Shown: in pieces, positions 18,689 through 28,564 of the stretch
Position numbering within the stretch: the stretch's first letter is position 1
Layout of the letters: the number at the start of each line of letters is the position of its first letter
Assembly: GCA_039679675.1 (NCBI GenBank)
Contig: JBDKUN010000028.1
Span: 1-64,000, forward strand
Length of the DNA: 64,000 bases
Reading direction: 5' to 3'
Origin: Armatimonadota bacterium
GTDB taxonomy: Bacteria > Armatimonadota > UBA5829 > DTLH01
Notes under the pieces: model-generated
What the model was told of the DNA's origin: nothing
What the model saw: only the letters and a program-made list of their open reading frames with translations
Databases searched by the model: none
Translations under genes and position numbers: made by a program

Positions 18689-20129
18689 GCTCCTTTGCGA
18701 GCCCGTCCATCTTGGCCTTCACGGCAGGGTGCATCTCTATCTCAGGCGGCCACTGCCGCGTGAAACCTTCCTCCGGCAGCTTAATCGTGGCGTCTATTCC
18801 CATCTTCGAGCCGAAATTCTGCGCAGGGGAGGCATGGTTCAGCACATCCACCGGCCCTTCCACGAAACATACATCCCGCTTAGGGTCGATATTGTTTCCA
18901 ACCCGCCAGAGGACGGACTTCATATCCTGCACGTCGACATTTTCATCCACCACGACCATGATCTTCGTAAACGACATCTGCCCCATCCCCCAGAGCGCAT
19001 GCATGACCTTCCTCGCATGCCCGGGGTAGCGCTTTTTGATCGAGATTATCGCGAGGTTGTGGAAGACCCCCTCGACCGGCAGGTTCATATCGACTATTTC
19101 GGGAAGCTGGCTCTTGATGAGCGGCAGGAAGATACGTTCGGTCGCTTTTGCTATCCAGCAGTCCTCCATCGGCGGCTTTCCGACTATGGTTGCCGGGTAG
19201 ACCGGGTCTTTTTTATGCGTGATTGCCGTAACATGGAATACCGGATACTCATCTGCCAGGCTGTAGTAACCCGTATGGTCGCCGAAAGGCCCTTCCGTCC
19301 GCCGCTCTTTGGGGTCGACGTACCCTTCTATCACGATTTCGGAATCCGCAGGGACTTCCAGGTCTACAGAGACGCACTTTACCATCTCGACGGGCTTCTG
19401 GCGCAGGAATCCGGCGAAAATCATCTCGTCGATCTCTTCAGGAAGCGGAGCAGTGGCGGAATATGTGATAGCCGGGTCGCCTCCGAGCGCTACTGCGACT
19501 TCCATGCGTTTTCCAAGCCGCTCGTACCCCGCGTAATGCTTCGCCCCGACCTTGTGCGCGTGCCAGTGCATGCCGGTAGTCTTTGAATCATAGACATGCA
19601 TTCGATACATCCCGGCGTTTCGCGTCCCCGTTTCAGGGTCTTTGGAAAATACTATCGGGAGCGTGATGAACTTTCCGCCGTCCCCCGGCCAGCATTTTAG
19701 AATTGGAAATATGTCGAGCGAGGCGTCATCGCCCTTCAGCACAACTTCCTGGCATGGGCCGGACTTGACCGTTTTAGGGAAGGATGCCGAGAGCTTTACG
19801 AGAGTCGGCAGCATCCTGATCTTTCCGATCAGCCCTTCCGGCGCCTCCATGTGCATCAGGTCTTCGATGCGGTGGGCGATCTCTTCTATATCGTCCACAC
19901 CGAGCGCCATCGCCATCCGCTTTTTCGAGCCGAGCGCGTTGATCAGCACAGGAATATCGGAGCCTTCGGGTTTTTCGATTAAAAGCGCCGGGCCGCCGGA
20001 CTTCATCGCCCTGTCGGCAAGTTCAGTTATTTCAAGCTCAGGGTTGAGCGGGAATTTGAACCGCTTCAGCTCGCCTGCAGACTCCAGCCTGCTCATAAAA
20101 TCTTTAAGGTCTTTATAGGCCATATCCAC
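18675..20129 (-). CDS. ubiD: UbiD-family decarboxylase (MqnL-type)
   Basis: LEITE, GGPALL, RNAGMYR, EGPFGDHTGYY, GKPPMED, SKMGIDAT. Confidence 0.95.
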   Translation of the reverse strand: MDMAYKDLKDFMSRLESAGELKRFKFPLNPELEITELADRAMKSGGPALLIEKPEGSDIPVLINALGSKKRMAMALGVDDIEEIAHRIEDLMHMEAPEGLIGKIRMLPTLVKLSASFPKTVKSGPCQEVVLKGDDASLDIFPILKCWPGDGGKFITLPIVFSKDPETGTRNAGMYRMHVYDSKTTGMHWHAHKVGAKHYAGYERLGKRMEVAVALGGDPAITYSATAPLPEEIDEMIFAGFLRQKPVEMVKCVSVDLEVPADSEIVIEGYVDPKERRTEGPFGDHTGYYSLADEYPVFHVTAITHKKDPVYPATIVGKPPMEDCWIAKATERIFLPLIKSQLPEIVDMNLPVEGVFHNLAIISIKKRYPGHARKVMHALWGMGQMSFTKIMVVVDENVDVQDMKSVLWRVGNNIDPKRDVCFVEGPVDVLNHASPAQNFGSKMGIDATIKLPEEGFTRQWPPEIEMHPAVKAKMDGLAKELGIG

Positions 20130-20213
20130 ACCACAAATGGTAATAAAGCGGCAAGCATATGCCCGCCTGCCGCTCTGCTAAACTATAACACCGCATGGGG
20201 TGAGTGTCAAAAT

Positions 20214-20418
20214 GGGTAAGAGGTCACAGCATTGATGAGTATAACATCATGCTGAACTTCCACAACGTCATTCCGAGCTTGACTCGGAATCCAGGAAAAG
20301 AATGGACCCTGAATCAAGTTCAGGGTGACGTCGGTTTGTTCATGGTGACGTCTTTCGTCAGCGTGACGTGCTAGTTGCTCAGCATGATATATAATTCTTA
20401 TCAAGAGTGAATTGTTAC
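20214..20418. mobile_element. MITE-like element with imperfect terminal inverted repeats and putative 6-bp target-site duplication
   Basis: Left GGTAAGAGGTCAC..TTGATGAG resembles the reverse complement of the right end GGTAACAATTCAC..TTGATAAG; CAAAAT at 20208-20213 and 20419-20424; internal palindromes shared with 1-178. Confidence 0.65.
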
Positions 20419-20558
20419 CAAAATAGTGGGTGGAAGCTATCAGCAGGGAAGGAGTTTGTATAAATCCGGGAGAATTACTAAAAATATGGCAATACGGTTA
20501 CGTCGATAGGAACAAGCTAAATCGCCTTTTAGTCTTAATAACAAAGGAGGGAGCTGCT

Positions 20559-20981
20559 ATGAAACTGAAAATCAAACCGAGAGAAATCGCTGCTGTTATT
20601 GCCATCGTCTCAATAGCGACACTTCTTATGTATCCGGTTCTCAAAACTAACTCAACACCGGGTTGGGTCGGAAAAGCCGGATATTTTATGAAGACAATCG
20701 GAAGTGGCTTAGATAGATACCAAACTGACCATGGTGGTAAACTACCGAGGTCGCTCGCGGAGCTTTATCCTAAATACGTAAATGATCCGCGCATAACTAA
20801 AAACCCCATAGAGATTAGCCGAAACGGAAAACAGATGTGGATGATATACTACAAACCACAAAACCTGAGAAACCCCAATACCATTATTGCGGAATTGCGG
20901 CTGCATCCGGACGATAAGTCGAAATATCCAAAGAGAGGCATTGTCCTCAGAGCCAATTTAAGTGTGCAGCTGATAAGATGA
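20559..20981 (+). CDS. Hypothetical membrane-anchored protein with pseudopilin/GspG-like C-terminal motif
   Basis: N-terminal TM; L.RY..DHGG.LP.SL.EL.P.Y; AAGGAGG RBS before ATG 20559. Confidence 0.55.
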   Translation: MKLKIKPREIAAVIAIVSIATLLMYPVLKTNSTPGWVGKAGYFMKTIGSGLDRYQTDHGGKLPRSLAELYPKYVNDPRITKNPIEISRNGKQMWMIYYKPQNLRNPNTIIAELRLHPDDKSKYPKRGIVLRANLSVQLIR

Positions 20982-21053
20982 TGTTAAGCAAATAAAAAGC
21001 GGCCCCGCCATAAGTTCGCGCCCATGGTGGAGCCGTTTTCTTCAAGGCAATAT
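20980..21053. repeat. ~74-bp direct repeat, copy 1, containing a terminator-like hairpin (partner 23947-24019)
   Basis: GATGTTA.GCAAATAAAAA.CGGCCCCGCCAT.AGTTCGC.CCCATGGTGGAGCCGTTT.CTT.AAGGCAATAT in both copies. Confidence 0.9.
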
Positions 21054-21632
21054 CTTCGGGCTTTTTCGACGGCCTCGATTGTAACATCGCTGAAGGCAAA
21101 GCCGATCAGTTCTCCCAGCTTTGAAGGTCATAATTGAAACAACTGCAGTTACTTTCCCCTGCCTATTCACCTTATGCTTGATAATTTATTACTATTGCGT
21201 TCACTATAATTAGAACTGTATAGGTTGAGATGGCCGAATATGCATGCAATAGCTTTATATATGGCCATATATAGCCATTAATATATTACTACTAACGTAT
21301 AATTTAATATCAGATGAGCTATCTAATATAAATGCGATGAATTTGATAAATTTTACTTGACTTATGATTAATTAGCATGATATACAGTCATTAGGATAGC
21401 TGGTAGACACTTACTTCACTAGCCGCATATATTGGCTAATTTTTTGTTGCTAACAATTCAACCGGTTGCAACAAAGGAGTATATGGCGATGCCAAGTGTC
21501 TCGCATGTTCCGTTTGACGTAGTGGCCGGACGGAATGACTGCTTGAGGTTGACCGTAACCGGTTAAAGGAAGAGGCAACCTCAAGTGCATTATCAAAAAG
21601 TATCTTCATTTATTGAGGAGGCGAAAGGTAAA

Positions 21633-23870
21633 ATGCGTAGAAACATCTACAGAACGTCAGCGCGCGAGTTGGCGCTGATAGCAACGGTGTTAATCCTTGT
21701 CTTTTGTGCAGGATTAGCATCTTATGCGCAGTCAACAGTCTCAGGAACCATAACAAGAGCTGGCGTTCCATGTCCTAATGCTCGTGTAGTCCTCGCCGAT
21801 AATTCGGGTACGATCTTTACGGCCCTCACAGACTCCAATGGCAATTACATTATCTCCAATATGGTGAATGGGACATATATTTTCACAGCCAACGCGCTGA
21901 AGGCCACCGCTGTAGAACAGACAGTCACTGTGAACAGTGGTGATAACATAACGTTGACTGTAGACCTTGCGTATGGCCACACACCACTCTATGATGATTT
22001 CTCCGGGACTTCAGTCGATATGGACAAATGGGAGAAGTTCAACGCCGACAACCCTCTTTTGGGGAATCCCGGTGAAGCCACGGTTTCCACGACAGACGGC
22101 ATGTTGAATATCAGTGCGGCTGCTAACAAGGGCGGGCTCATAAGCAAGAATCCAGTCCCGAAAAACTGCACAATCGAGTATGTGATGCCTAAGCACTATG
22201 CAGGGACCGACCAGTGCTTCACAATTATCAAAGACAAGGTCAGCCATTACTCAAACTATGTTACCGTGCAGGACAAAGGCAATGTAACGACTGAAGCTAA
22301 CCTGATAGCTTATAACAACACCACTTCATCAGCCTGGACCCGCAATAACAATTATGATGTTGTGTATCCGGCCAAGATCACGATACTTAAGACCGGCTGT
22401 CACTTTGACTTCTTTATTAACGGTGCCTTGAAATATTGCCTCAGCCCAACGATCACTGATGAGGCATATATTTATCTATACGGAAATACAATGACGGACG
22501 GCGGAACAACTGCCTACTTCGACGACATATATGCAGGCGCCACGGTTCCCGTGACAGTGAACAGTGTTGCCGAAACCAGGACAGCCGCCGCAGATACTTA
22601 TCATACAATAAGCAATGTTGTAGTAACTGCAAGCTTTGATAATGCCTTCTGGGTAGAAAGCAGCGACAGGTCTTCCGGTATCAAGGTCATATCGACCGAA
22701 AAGCCCCGCTTAGGCAAACGTATGACAATCTACGGCAAGATCGTAAGACAGAACGGTGAAGTCGCCATTCAGGCGGAGGACACCGTCACCGGCGACACTG
22801 TCACCACTAAGCCGACTGCTGTAGCGATAACGGGTAAGGTAGCAAAAGAACTGGACAAGGCCGGAGCTTCGGCACAGGGACTCTTTGTCAAAGTAACAGG
22901 TAAAGTAACCGAAATCGTTACCAACACCGAAAACACCAAGATTGCTGGTTATTACCTTGACGATGGAAGCGGGATCACAGCAGGAAGTCACAAAGGGCTC
23001 TATGTAAAAATGGCCGACTGCATTACTCTTCCAGTCGGCACGATAAATGTGGGTGACTTTATCACAAGAGAAGGCCCGCTTACAATATATATGGCCGACA
23101 GTACAACACCTGTCCCGTCCATAATAGCTACAAGAGGTCTGGAATACGGCCCGGTAGGGTTCGTAGCTTATAACGACGTAGTATATTCACCTGCTTATCC
23201 TGATGGCGGATCCAAGATCACACACTACAGCTGCGTGGATAATCCCGATGTCAATGATGACTTTGCAGGCGGACCGCTCAAGGACTATGCTACAGGCAAT
23301 TATGTTGGAGAGAGCGCAGTCGTCACAGTACCCAACACCATATCACTGCGCGGTCTTCAGTCGGCTGCCGGCGGAAATCCTACTGCTGGTGATGCTGTAA
23401 CATACTTCACGGACGGCAATGGAAATACGATAGTGAATTTAGTGGGATGCATCTACACCGACAAGAATTACGATACAATACCTATCTACGGTTGGTATTT
23501 TGACATGACCTTCTACGGGCTCGATCCGAACGCTTATTATGAGTTCGTGAGTACAGTGGACAGGAATGAGAGCCGCAACCTGCCCATCAGGTACATCATT
23601 TATGATTACGCTGAACGCACCTATGCATGTTCATCTTTTCTTGGCCTTTCGTCGTACTATTACAGTAAGCAGAGCGATGATTCTTGTATAATGTCCAGCG
23701 GCGACTACCAGAACACAGCCGGTTGTGTGGCAAGATGGATCAATATCAAGCCGCTTCCATCCGGTACCTTCAGAGTAAGAATGAACTCACCTTATGTTCA
23801 GGAAGGTTACGGTCCTGGCGCCTTCCGGCTCAGGAAACAGGCCGGTTGGGAAACACCGCCTATTTACTAA
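21633..23870 (+). CDS. Large secreted modular protein (carboxypeptidase-regulatory-like N-terminal domain, beta-sandwich and OB-fold-like modules)
   Basis: Signal peptide ASYA-Q; VSGTIT...ARVVL...TDSNGNY....GTY; FWVESSDRSSGIKV and YYLDDGSG modules; GAGGAGG upstream of ATG 21633. Confidence 0.7.
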   Translation: MRRNIYRTSARELALIATVLILVFCAGLASYAQSTVSGTITRAGVPCPNARVVLADNSGTIFTALTDSNGNYIISNMVNGTYIFTANALKATAVEQTVTVNSGDNITLTVDLAYGHTPLYDDFSGTSVDMDKWEKFNADNPLLGNPGEATVSTTDGMLNISAAANKGGLISKNPVPKNCTIEYVMPKHYAGTDQCFTIIKDKVSHYSNYVTVQDKGNVTTEANLIAYNNTTSSAWTRNNNYDVVYPAKITILKTGCHFDFFINGALKYCLSPTITDEAYIYLYGNTMTDGGTTAYFDDIYAGATVPVTVNSVAETRTAAADTYHTISNVVVTASFDNAFWVESSDRSSGIKVISTEKPRLGKRMTIYGKIVRQNGEVAIQAEDTVTGDTVTTKPTAVAITGKVAKELDKAGASAQGLFVKVTGKVTEIVTNTENTKIAGYYLDDGSGITAGSHKGLYVKMADCITLPVGTINVGDFITREGPLTIYMADSTTPVPSIIATRGLEYGPVGFVAYNDVVYSPAYPDGGSKITHYSCVDNPDVNDDFAGGPLKDYATGNYVGESAVVTVPNTISLRGLQSAAGGNPTAGDAVTYFTDGNGNTIVNLVGCIYTDKNYDTIPIYGWYFDMTFYGLDPNAYYEFVSTVDRNESRNLPIRYIIYDYAERTYACSSFLGLSSYYYSKQSDDSCIMSSGDYQNTAGCVARWINIKPLPSGTFRVRMNSPYVQEGYGPGAFRLRKQAGWETPPIY

Positions 23871-23946
23871 TAATCTCGAGTAATGATGTAGCAACACTTG
23901 ATACTCATTACATCAATTGCCGAAACTCTGCAGATGAGTTTCAGGC

Positions 23947-24019
23947 GATGTTAGGCAAATAAAAACGGCCCCGCCATGAGTTCGCACCCATGGTGGAGCC
24001 GTTTACTTTAAGGCAATAT
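23947..24019. terminator. Bidirectional terminator-like hairpin; copy 2 of the 74-bp repeat
   Basis: AAACGGCCCCGCCATG...CATGGTGGAGCCGTTT between convergent genes. Confidence 0.7.
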
Positions 24020-25185
24020 TACAGTCCCAAAACGCCTCTCAGCTTTTTAAGCCCTTTTTTGACTTTATCTCCATCTTTATCAGCAGGCTTGTCCGGCGTC
24101 TTGTTCGAATCATCCTCTTTAACCGTATTTTCTGAATCTTTTGCAGAATCGGAGTCGCCCGATTTGATGTTCTCCTCATCTGACTTGATGCTTTCCTCGT
24201 CCGAACCCTTACTCATCATGCCGGAGAGCGTAGCAGTCGCGGTCGATCTCACTACTATCTGCGTTTCAATCCCATCCTTCTCTTGAATGGAATCGTTGCC
24301 GTAAGCCGTAACCATCAGCATCGGAGCCCGGGTGCCCTCGAATATACCTGCAGGGATGTAACACGCCGTAGTGGATGCCGGAAGGAGGACCCCAGAATCC
24401 AGATACTTCTTCATATCGGCCTTGCTTATTGCGCCTTGGTAAATATTTCCCTGCATCTCCGGGTCTGCGCTCGATGTCCAGGTAATCATGACCTTATCGC
24501 TCGAACTGAATGCAGTAACCAGGTAAGCTACGGCATTCGGGACGGGGTCCCACTGAACTTTGATCGATTTCGCCAGGTCGGCACCATTGTTCAGGCTGGT
24601 CAGGTTGATCGGATCGAGGAAGTTCTGTGACGGCTCCATCGAGAAGGACGTCTCCCCGCAATAATTGGTAGTCAGCGTATAATTGCCCGGAGTCGCAGCA
24701 TTCTTGTCGAGTTTCTTGAAATCCCGTCCCGGCCAGTAAGCATGAGACCTGTCCGCCTCTTTTTCGATGCTCTTCTGGATTTGTTTCATCTTCTCTGGTG
24801 GCATAAATGCTGCCTTTTTAACATCGGCTGCAGTCAAGACCTTCGGCTGCCCCGGCAGAACCTTCTCCGAACTCTTCCAGTAGAGCTTCATGGTAAAATC
24901 GGGCATATCACCCTCAGCTTTACCGCCGGTCGTGACTTCTGACTTTTCAGGCAGATCGACAGTCAACTTCACTTCGGGGCCCAGTCTGAGCCCTTCGGGG
25001 ATCATCACCCCGGCTTTCGACTGTGCATTGACCTTTTTGTCGCTCGTCAGGTCCATAGTAAGGGTCCTCATTGGCCCGCTGAACCCGGCGGCATCCATAC
25101 CCGGAATATTCGGCATGTCGGGCATCCCCGGCATGAACATCCTTGAAGTCAAGACCGTGACTACAAAAACAGTGTTAAATCCCAA
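24019..25185 (-). CDS. Hypothetical exported protein with low-complexity acidic/Lys C-terminal tail
   Basis: 388-aa ORF; GGAGG RBS before TTG. Confidence 0.7.
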   Translation of the reverse strand: MGFNTVFVVTVLTSRMFMPGMPDMPNIPGMDAAGFSGPMRTLTMDLTSDKKVNAQSKAGVMIPEGLRLGPEVKLTVDLPEKSEVTTGGKAEGDMPDFTMKLYWKSSEKVLPGQPKVLTAADVKKAAFMPPEKMKQIQKSIEKEADRSHAYWPGRDFKKLDKNAATPGNYTLTTNYCGETSFSMEPSQNFLDPINLTSLNNGADLAKSIKVQWDPVPNAVAYLVTAFSSSDKVMITWTSSADPEMQGNIYQGAISKADMKKYLDSGVLLPASTTACYIPAGIFEGTRAPMLMVTAYGNDSIQEKDGIETQIVVRSTATATLSGMMSKGSDEESIKSDEENIKSGDSDSAKDSENTVKEDDSNKTPDKPADKDGDKVKKGLKKLRGVLGL

Positions 25186-25288
25186 GTCCTATTCCTCCAC
25201 TTTCACATTGCTCATCTACAGAGTTTTGACGATCGATGCAACGAATAAAATATCTCTATATAATTATCTGCATCGGGATCAAAAATCT

Positions 25289-26374
25289 CTACTTGATTAT
25301 TTTTATCTTCGGAGGCACAGGTGCGGGATCTGGCTCTCTCGGATAGACGCCGTCACCGGATTCTATGTCTGAAAAATCGAACCCCGGCTCCATCTTGACC
25401 GATACCTGAACTTCGGTCCCTTCCGTGAGCGCGACGCCTCTCGCCACAGGCTTCGGCGCAACCACATTTTTCTCTTCGTCCCAGAGCGGCTTTTTGATCC
25501 ACACCAAGGAATTGATTGCCAGCGGTTTCGCCGTAGTCACGTTTACGAGCATGTCCTTCTTTTTCTTGTCTTTGACATCACCTAACCTGTTCGGCTGGTC
25601 ATTGAACTTCAACTCCATAGCCTCAGGCTTCACCCCAAGCTCAAGACACCGTTCAGTAAGGTATTTGACCCTGTCGTCGGTGGCCGGGTGGGTGGAAAGG
25701 ATCTTCGGAGGCTTATCTCCAGCCTCGTTTTCCACCCGCAGAAGTTTTTCAAGTGCCGTCACAAGCCCCGCTGGGGTCTGGCCCGCAGCCGTAGTCAAAT
25801 CGACAGCCATCATGTCAGCTTCTTTTTCGCGTTTACGGGAGAATTTGAGGGTATAGAGAGTGTTTGCTAGGTCGGCTGCATCCCACCAGTTGCCGCCCGC
25901 GCCGGTTATGATCATAACCGCAGTCGTCCACATGCTTCTTCTCTGCATCTCGCTCATTGTATCGATGGCATGGCGTTTATCTATATGGGATATTTCGTGC
26001 GCGAGTATTCCTATGCGCTCATCACGGGTCATTACCCTCCACATCCGCTCGGAGAAGTAGACCGGACCGCCCGGAAGGGAAAACGCATCGAGTTCAGGCT
26101 TGCCTTTGGTTTCTTCTTTGATGATCTTGAATGTGTAGGGTATCTCTTTCCGCTTTACATAAGGGGTAAGAAGCCTGCCGAGGCTATCGATCTCCTTCAG
26201 CCACTCTTTGTTCTCGGTGACTGGGAACTCTTTTTCGATTTCCTTGGCTGATTTCTGCCCGATCTCTATCTCTTCCTTGACGGTAGTCTTGGCCCAGGCC
26301 TGCTCCGAAGCTGCCATCCCGAAAGTCAACATGAGAATAAACAAAAAGACTGTGTACCTGTATTTATATGTCAT
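25289..26374 (-). CDS. M48-family metallopeptidase
   Basis: Signal peptide, E.EIG, DAFSLPGG, ILAHEISH, FSRKREKEAD, LSTHP. Confidence 0.9.
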   Translation of the reverse strand: MTYKYRYTVFLFILMLTFGMAASEQAWAKTTVKEEIEIGQKSAKEIEKEFPVTENKEWLKEIDSLGRLLTPYVKRKEIPYTFKIIKEETKGKPELDAFSLPGGPVYFSERMWRVMTRDERIGILAHEISHIDKRHAIDTMSEMQRRSMWTTAVMIITGAGGNWWDAADLANTLYTLKFSRKREKEADMMAVDLTTAAGQTPAGLVTALEKLLRVENEAGDKPPKILSTHPATDDRVKYLTERCLELGVKPEAMELKFNDQPNRLGDVKDKKKKDMLVNVTTAKPLAINSLVWIKKPLWDEEKNVVAPKPVARGVALTEGTEVQVSVKMEPGFDFSDIESGDGVYPREPDPAPVPPKIKIIK

Positions 26375-26460
26375 TGGTTTGTCCTGAAGCTCTCCCGAAA
26401 TATTCCGGCTATAGCGAAATTCTATAAACACATTATATCTGCTGTCTTCGATTTACCCAA

Positions 26461-26829
26461 TTATCTCTTTTTGAATATCAGCCACTGGCCGTCACGCATG
26501 CGGGTCAGTATATAGTCACCGGAGAGTTTCTGCCCAAAGAGAGTGAAATGGAGCTTGCCCGGAGCGCGTTCCGTGAGATTGTATGTTCCACTGTCCCAGA
26601 TGATGACCTTCCCCGCGCCGTACTGACCTTCCGGGATCTCCCCCTCAAAGCCGATGTAGTCCAGCGGGTGGTCTTCGACCGGGACAGCGAGCCGTTTCAC
26701 TCCCGGCTCCTCCGGGACGCCCTTCGGGACAGCCCAGCTTTTCAACACTCCGTCGAGCTCCAGCCTGAAGTCCCAGTGCAGCCGGCTTGCATGATGCTCT
26801 TGAATTACAAATCTGGCCTGGTTTGTCAT
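26461..26829 (-). CDS. Stand-alone LigD 3'-phosphoesterase domain protein
   Basis: [59 protein letters not shown]. Confidence 0.92.
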   Translation of the reverse strand: MTNQARFVIQEHHASRLHWDFRLELDGVLKSWAVPKGVPEEPGVKRLAVPVEDHPLDYIGFEGEIPEGQYGAGKVIIWDSGTYNLTERAPGKLHFTLFGQKLSGDYILTRMRDGQWLIFKKR

Positions 26830-27011
26830 ACTGTCAAGTTCGTTAGCATGAATAAGGATTCCTCTTAAGATAAACGCGAGCCGCGGACAATTGAGGCTCC
26901 CGCGGCTCGCTATCAAAGGGTGCATCCCAAATCTATGGCAAATGTGGTTACCTTGAATAAGGGATGCACCCCTGATCAACGGGCATTACCCATGATTACG
27001 GACTCATGCTG

Positions 27012-28223
27012 CTATTCCGTTCGCAGTGCATCGGTCGGCACTACACTCCACTCCGTTTCGCCCGGCGGAAGCCAGTAAAGCTGGATATAGGACCTGTCCT
27101 GGTCCGCGAAATACTGAGCTTCCAGTTTATACCACTTACCGCCTTCCAGGGTTATCTGTCCCTCAGTGGCTAGTGGACCGGTATACCAGCCGTCTATGAC
27201 CGTCTGCATATTGCTGGAGTCGTCCGACACCCAAAGGCGGAAACCGTCGTCGTATACTGCTCTGAACTGATAGGCTCCGGCTTTCTCGCACTTGATGTAG
27301 CCGTTCCATATGACCCCATAGTCGCTGCCGTTTTCGGTCGTTTCGTCGGTAGCCAGGCTGGGATCGGGAGCTTTGCGGCCCCAGTCGAAGTTGATGTTCG
27401 CATCAGTACGTGTGAAGACCACTGTGCCCTTCGACAAATCCGGGTGAGCGACTTCGTGGTCGTTCTGGACATAAGTGGCCGCGAGCCCGTTCGTAATTAC
27501 AGGATCGACCGAACCGTCTACCGTAATCGCGACACTTTTTGTCACGGCAGGATTGTTGCCGTCGCTCACGGACACGGTCACGGTACAGCCGTCAGCCGTG
27601 GATGGCGCCTTCCAGACAGCAGTGTTTCCGGTCGATGACTGGATCGACCCGCCGCTTGCCGACCATGAATAGGTAAGCTCGTCTCCATCAGGATCGGTTG
27701 CTGCAGCCGTGAGGGTGGATGTTTCGTTGATCTTGACGGAATTCGGGTTGGCAGTCAGATCTGAAATAACCGGCGGTTCATTCTCCTCCGGATCGGGAGG
27801 ATCGGGTGCATCGTTCTTGTACACAGTAAAGTAGCACTTTGCCGAAACTGTATGGCCTTTGCCGTCGGTCACTTTGACTGTAATAATCGATGTACAGGCA
27901 CTCTGAGGTGCGACATAATTCGCACTGGGGCTATTCCCTGTCACTTGACCGTTATCCGTGCTCCAGGTGTAGGTCAGCTTGTCTTTGTCTGGGTCAGTAG
28001 CCGCCACAACCAAGGTCTGCGTTTTCCCGACCTGGATGCGGATGGGAGATGCTGCGGTTCCCTGCGGTGACAGGCTTGTAATCGTAGGAGCCTGGTTGGT
28101 TCCCGTATCATTCGTTGGATCAAGCGGGATGACTCCTCCGCTGCTGCTGCCGCCTCCGCCGCCGCAACCGGCGAGTAAAGCTATTCCAAGAATAGCAGCT
28201 AGAAGCAATTTGGCTGTTGTCAC
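27012..28223 (-). CDS. Lipoprotein with two Ig/PKD-like repeats and a C-terminal PA14 domain
   Basis: LAGC lipobox; two ATDPD.D.LTY.WS repeats; INFDWG, W.GYI, DDGFRLW, LYW PA14 motifs. Confidence 0.85.
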   Translation of the reverse strand: MTTAKLLLAAILGIALLAGCGGGGGSSSGGVIPLDPTNDTGTNQAPTITSLSPQGTAASPIRIQVGKTQTLVVAATDPDKDKLTYTWSTDNGQVTGNSPSANYVAPQSACTSIITVKVTDGKGHTVSAKCYFTVYKNDAPDPPDPEENEPPVISDLTANPNSVKINETSTLTAAATDPDGDELTYSWSASGGSIQSSTGNTAVWKAPSTADGCTVTVSVSDGNNPAVTKSVAITVDGSVDPVITNGLAATYVQNDHEVAHPDLSKGTVVFTRTDANINFDWGRKAPDPSLATDETTENGSDYGVIWNGYIKCEKAGAYQFRAVYDDGFRLWVSDDSSNMQTVIDGWYTGPLATEGQITLEGGKWYKLEAQYFADQDRSYIQLYWLPPGETEWSVVPTDALRTE

Positions 28224-28564
28224 GACAGTATCACACTCCTTGTTAGAATTTACCGGCCAGCAAGAAGCCGTATTTTTGTAGCAGATAGGCTATACCCAGC
28301 CGCCTGTCCGGCAAAACACGTTTAATTAATATCTATCGCCGTCAGTGCTGCAACACTGCATTAATTGTCGAAGTTTTGCTATATAATATGTTCTGAGGTA
28401 AAAGACATATTTCGTTAATCTGGAATATTCGCGATATATCGGGAACGAACATACACAAATTGCGCAAGATTGACACCGTTCTACCGCTCGCCTATAATTG
28501 CACGGTCAGTTCAGGCACTATCATATCTGCGAATCACCCAAAAAGACCGGAAGGGATCAATTTA

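Noticed and set aside
908..19586. Long antisense or alternative-frame ORFs (e.g. 908-1573, 3553-4398, 5776-6597, 12909-13805, 18654-19586)
   Set aside because: They overlap well-supported genes and have no recognisable motifs; these are shadow ORFs.
20207..20404. 65-aa ORF
   Set aside because: Translation of the repeat element, not a gene.
20983..23956. GTTAAGC/GTTAGGC integron-like core sites at the 74-bp repeats
   Set aside because: No matching RYYYAAC inverse core or attC fold upstream and no integrase; better explained as a duplicated terminator.
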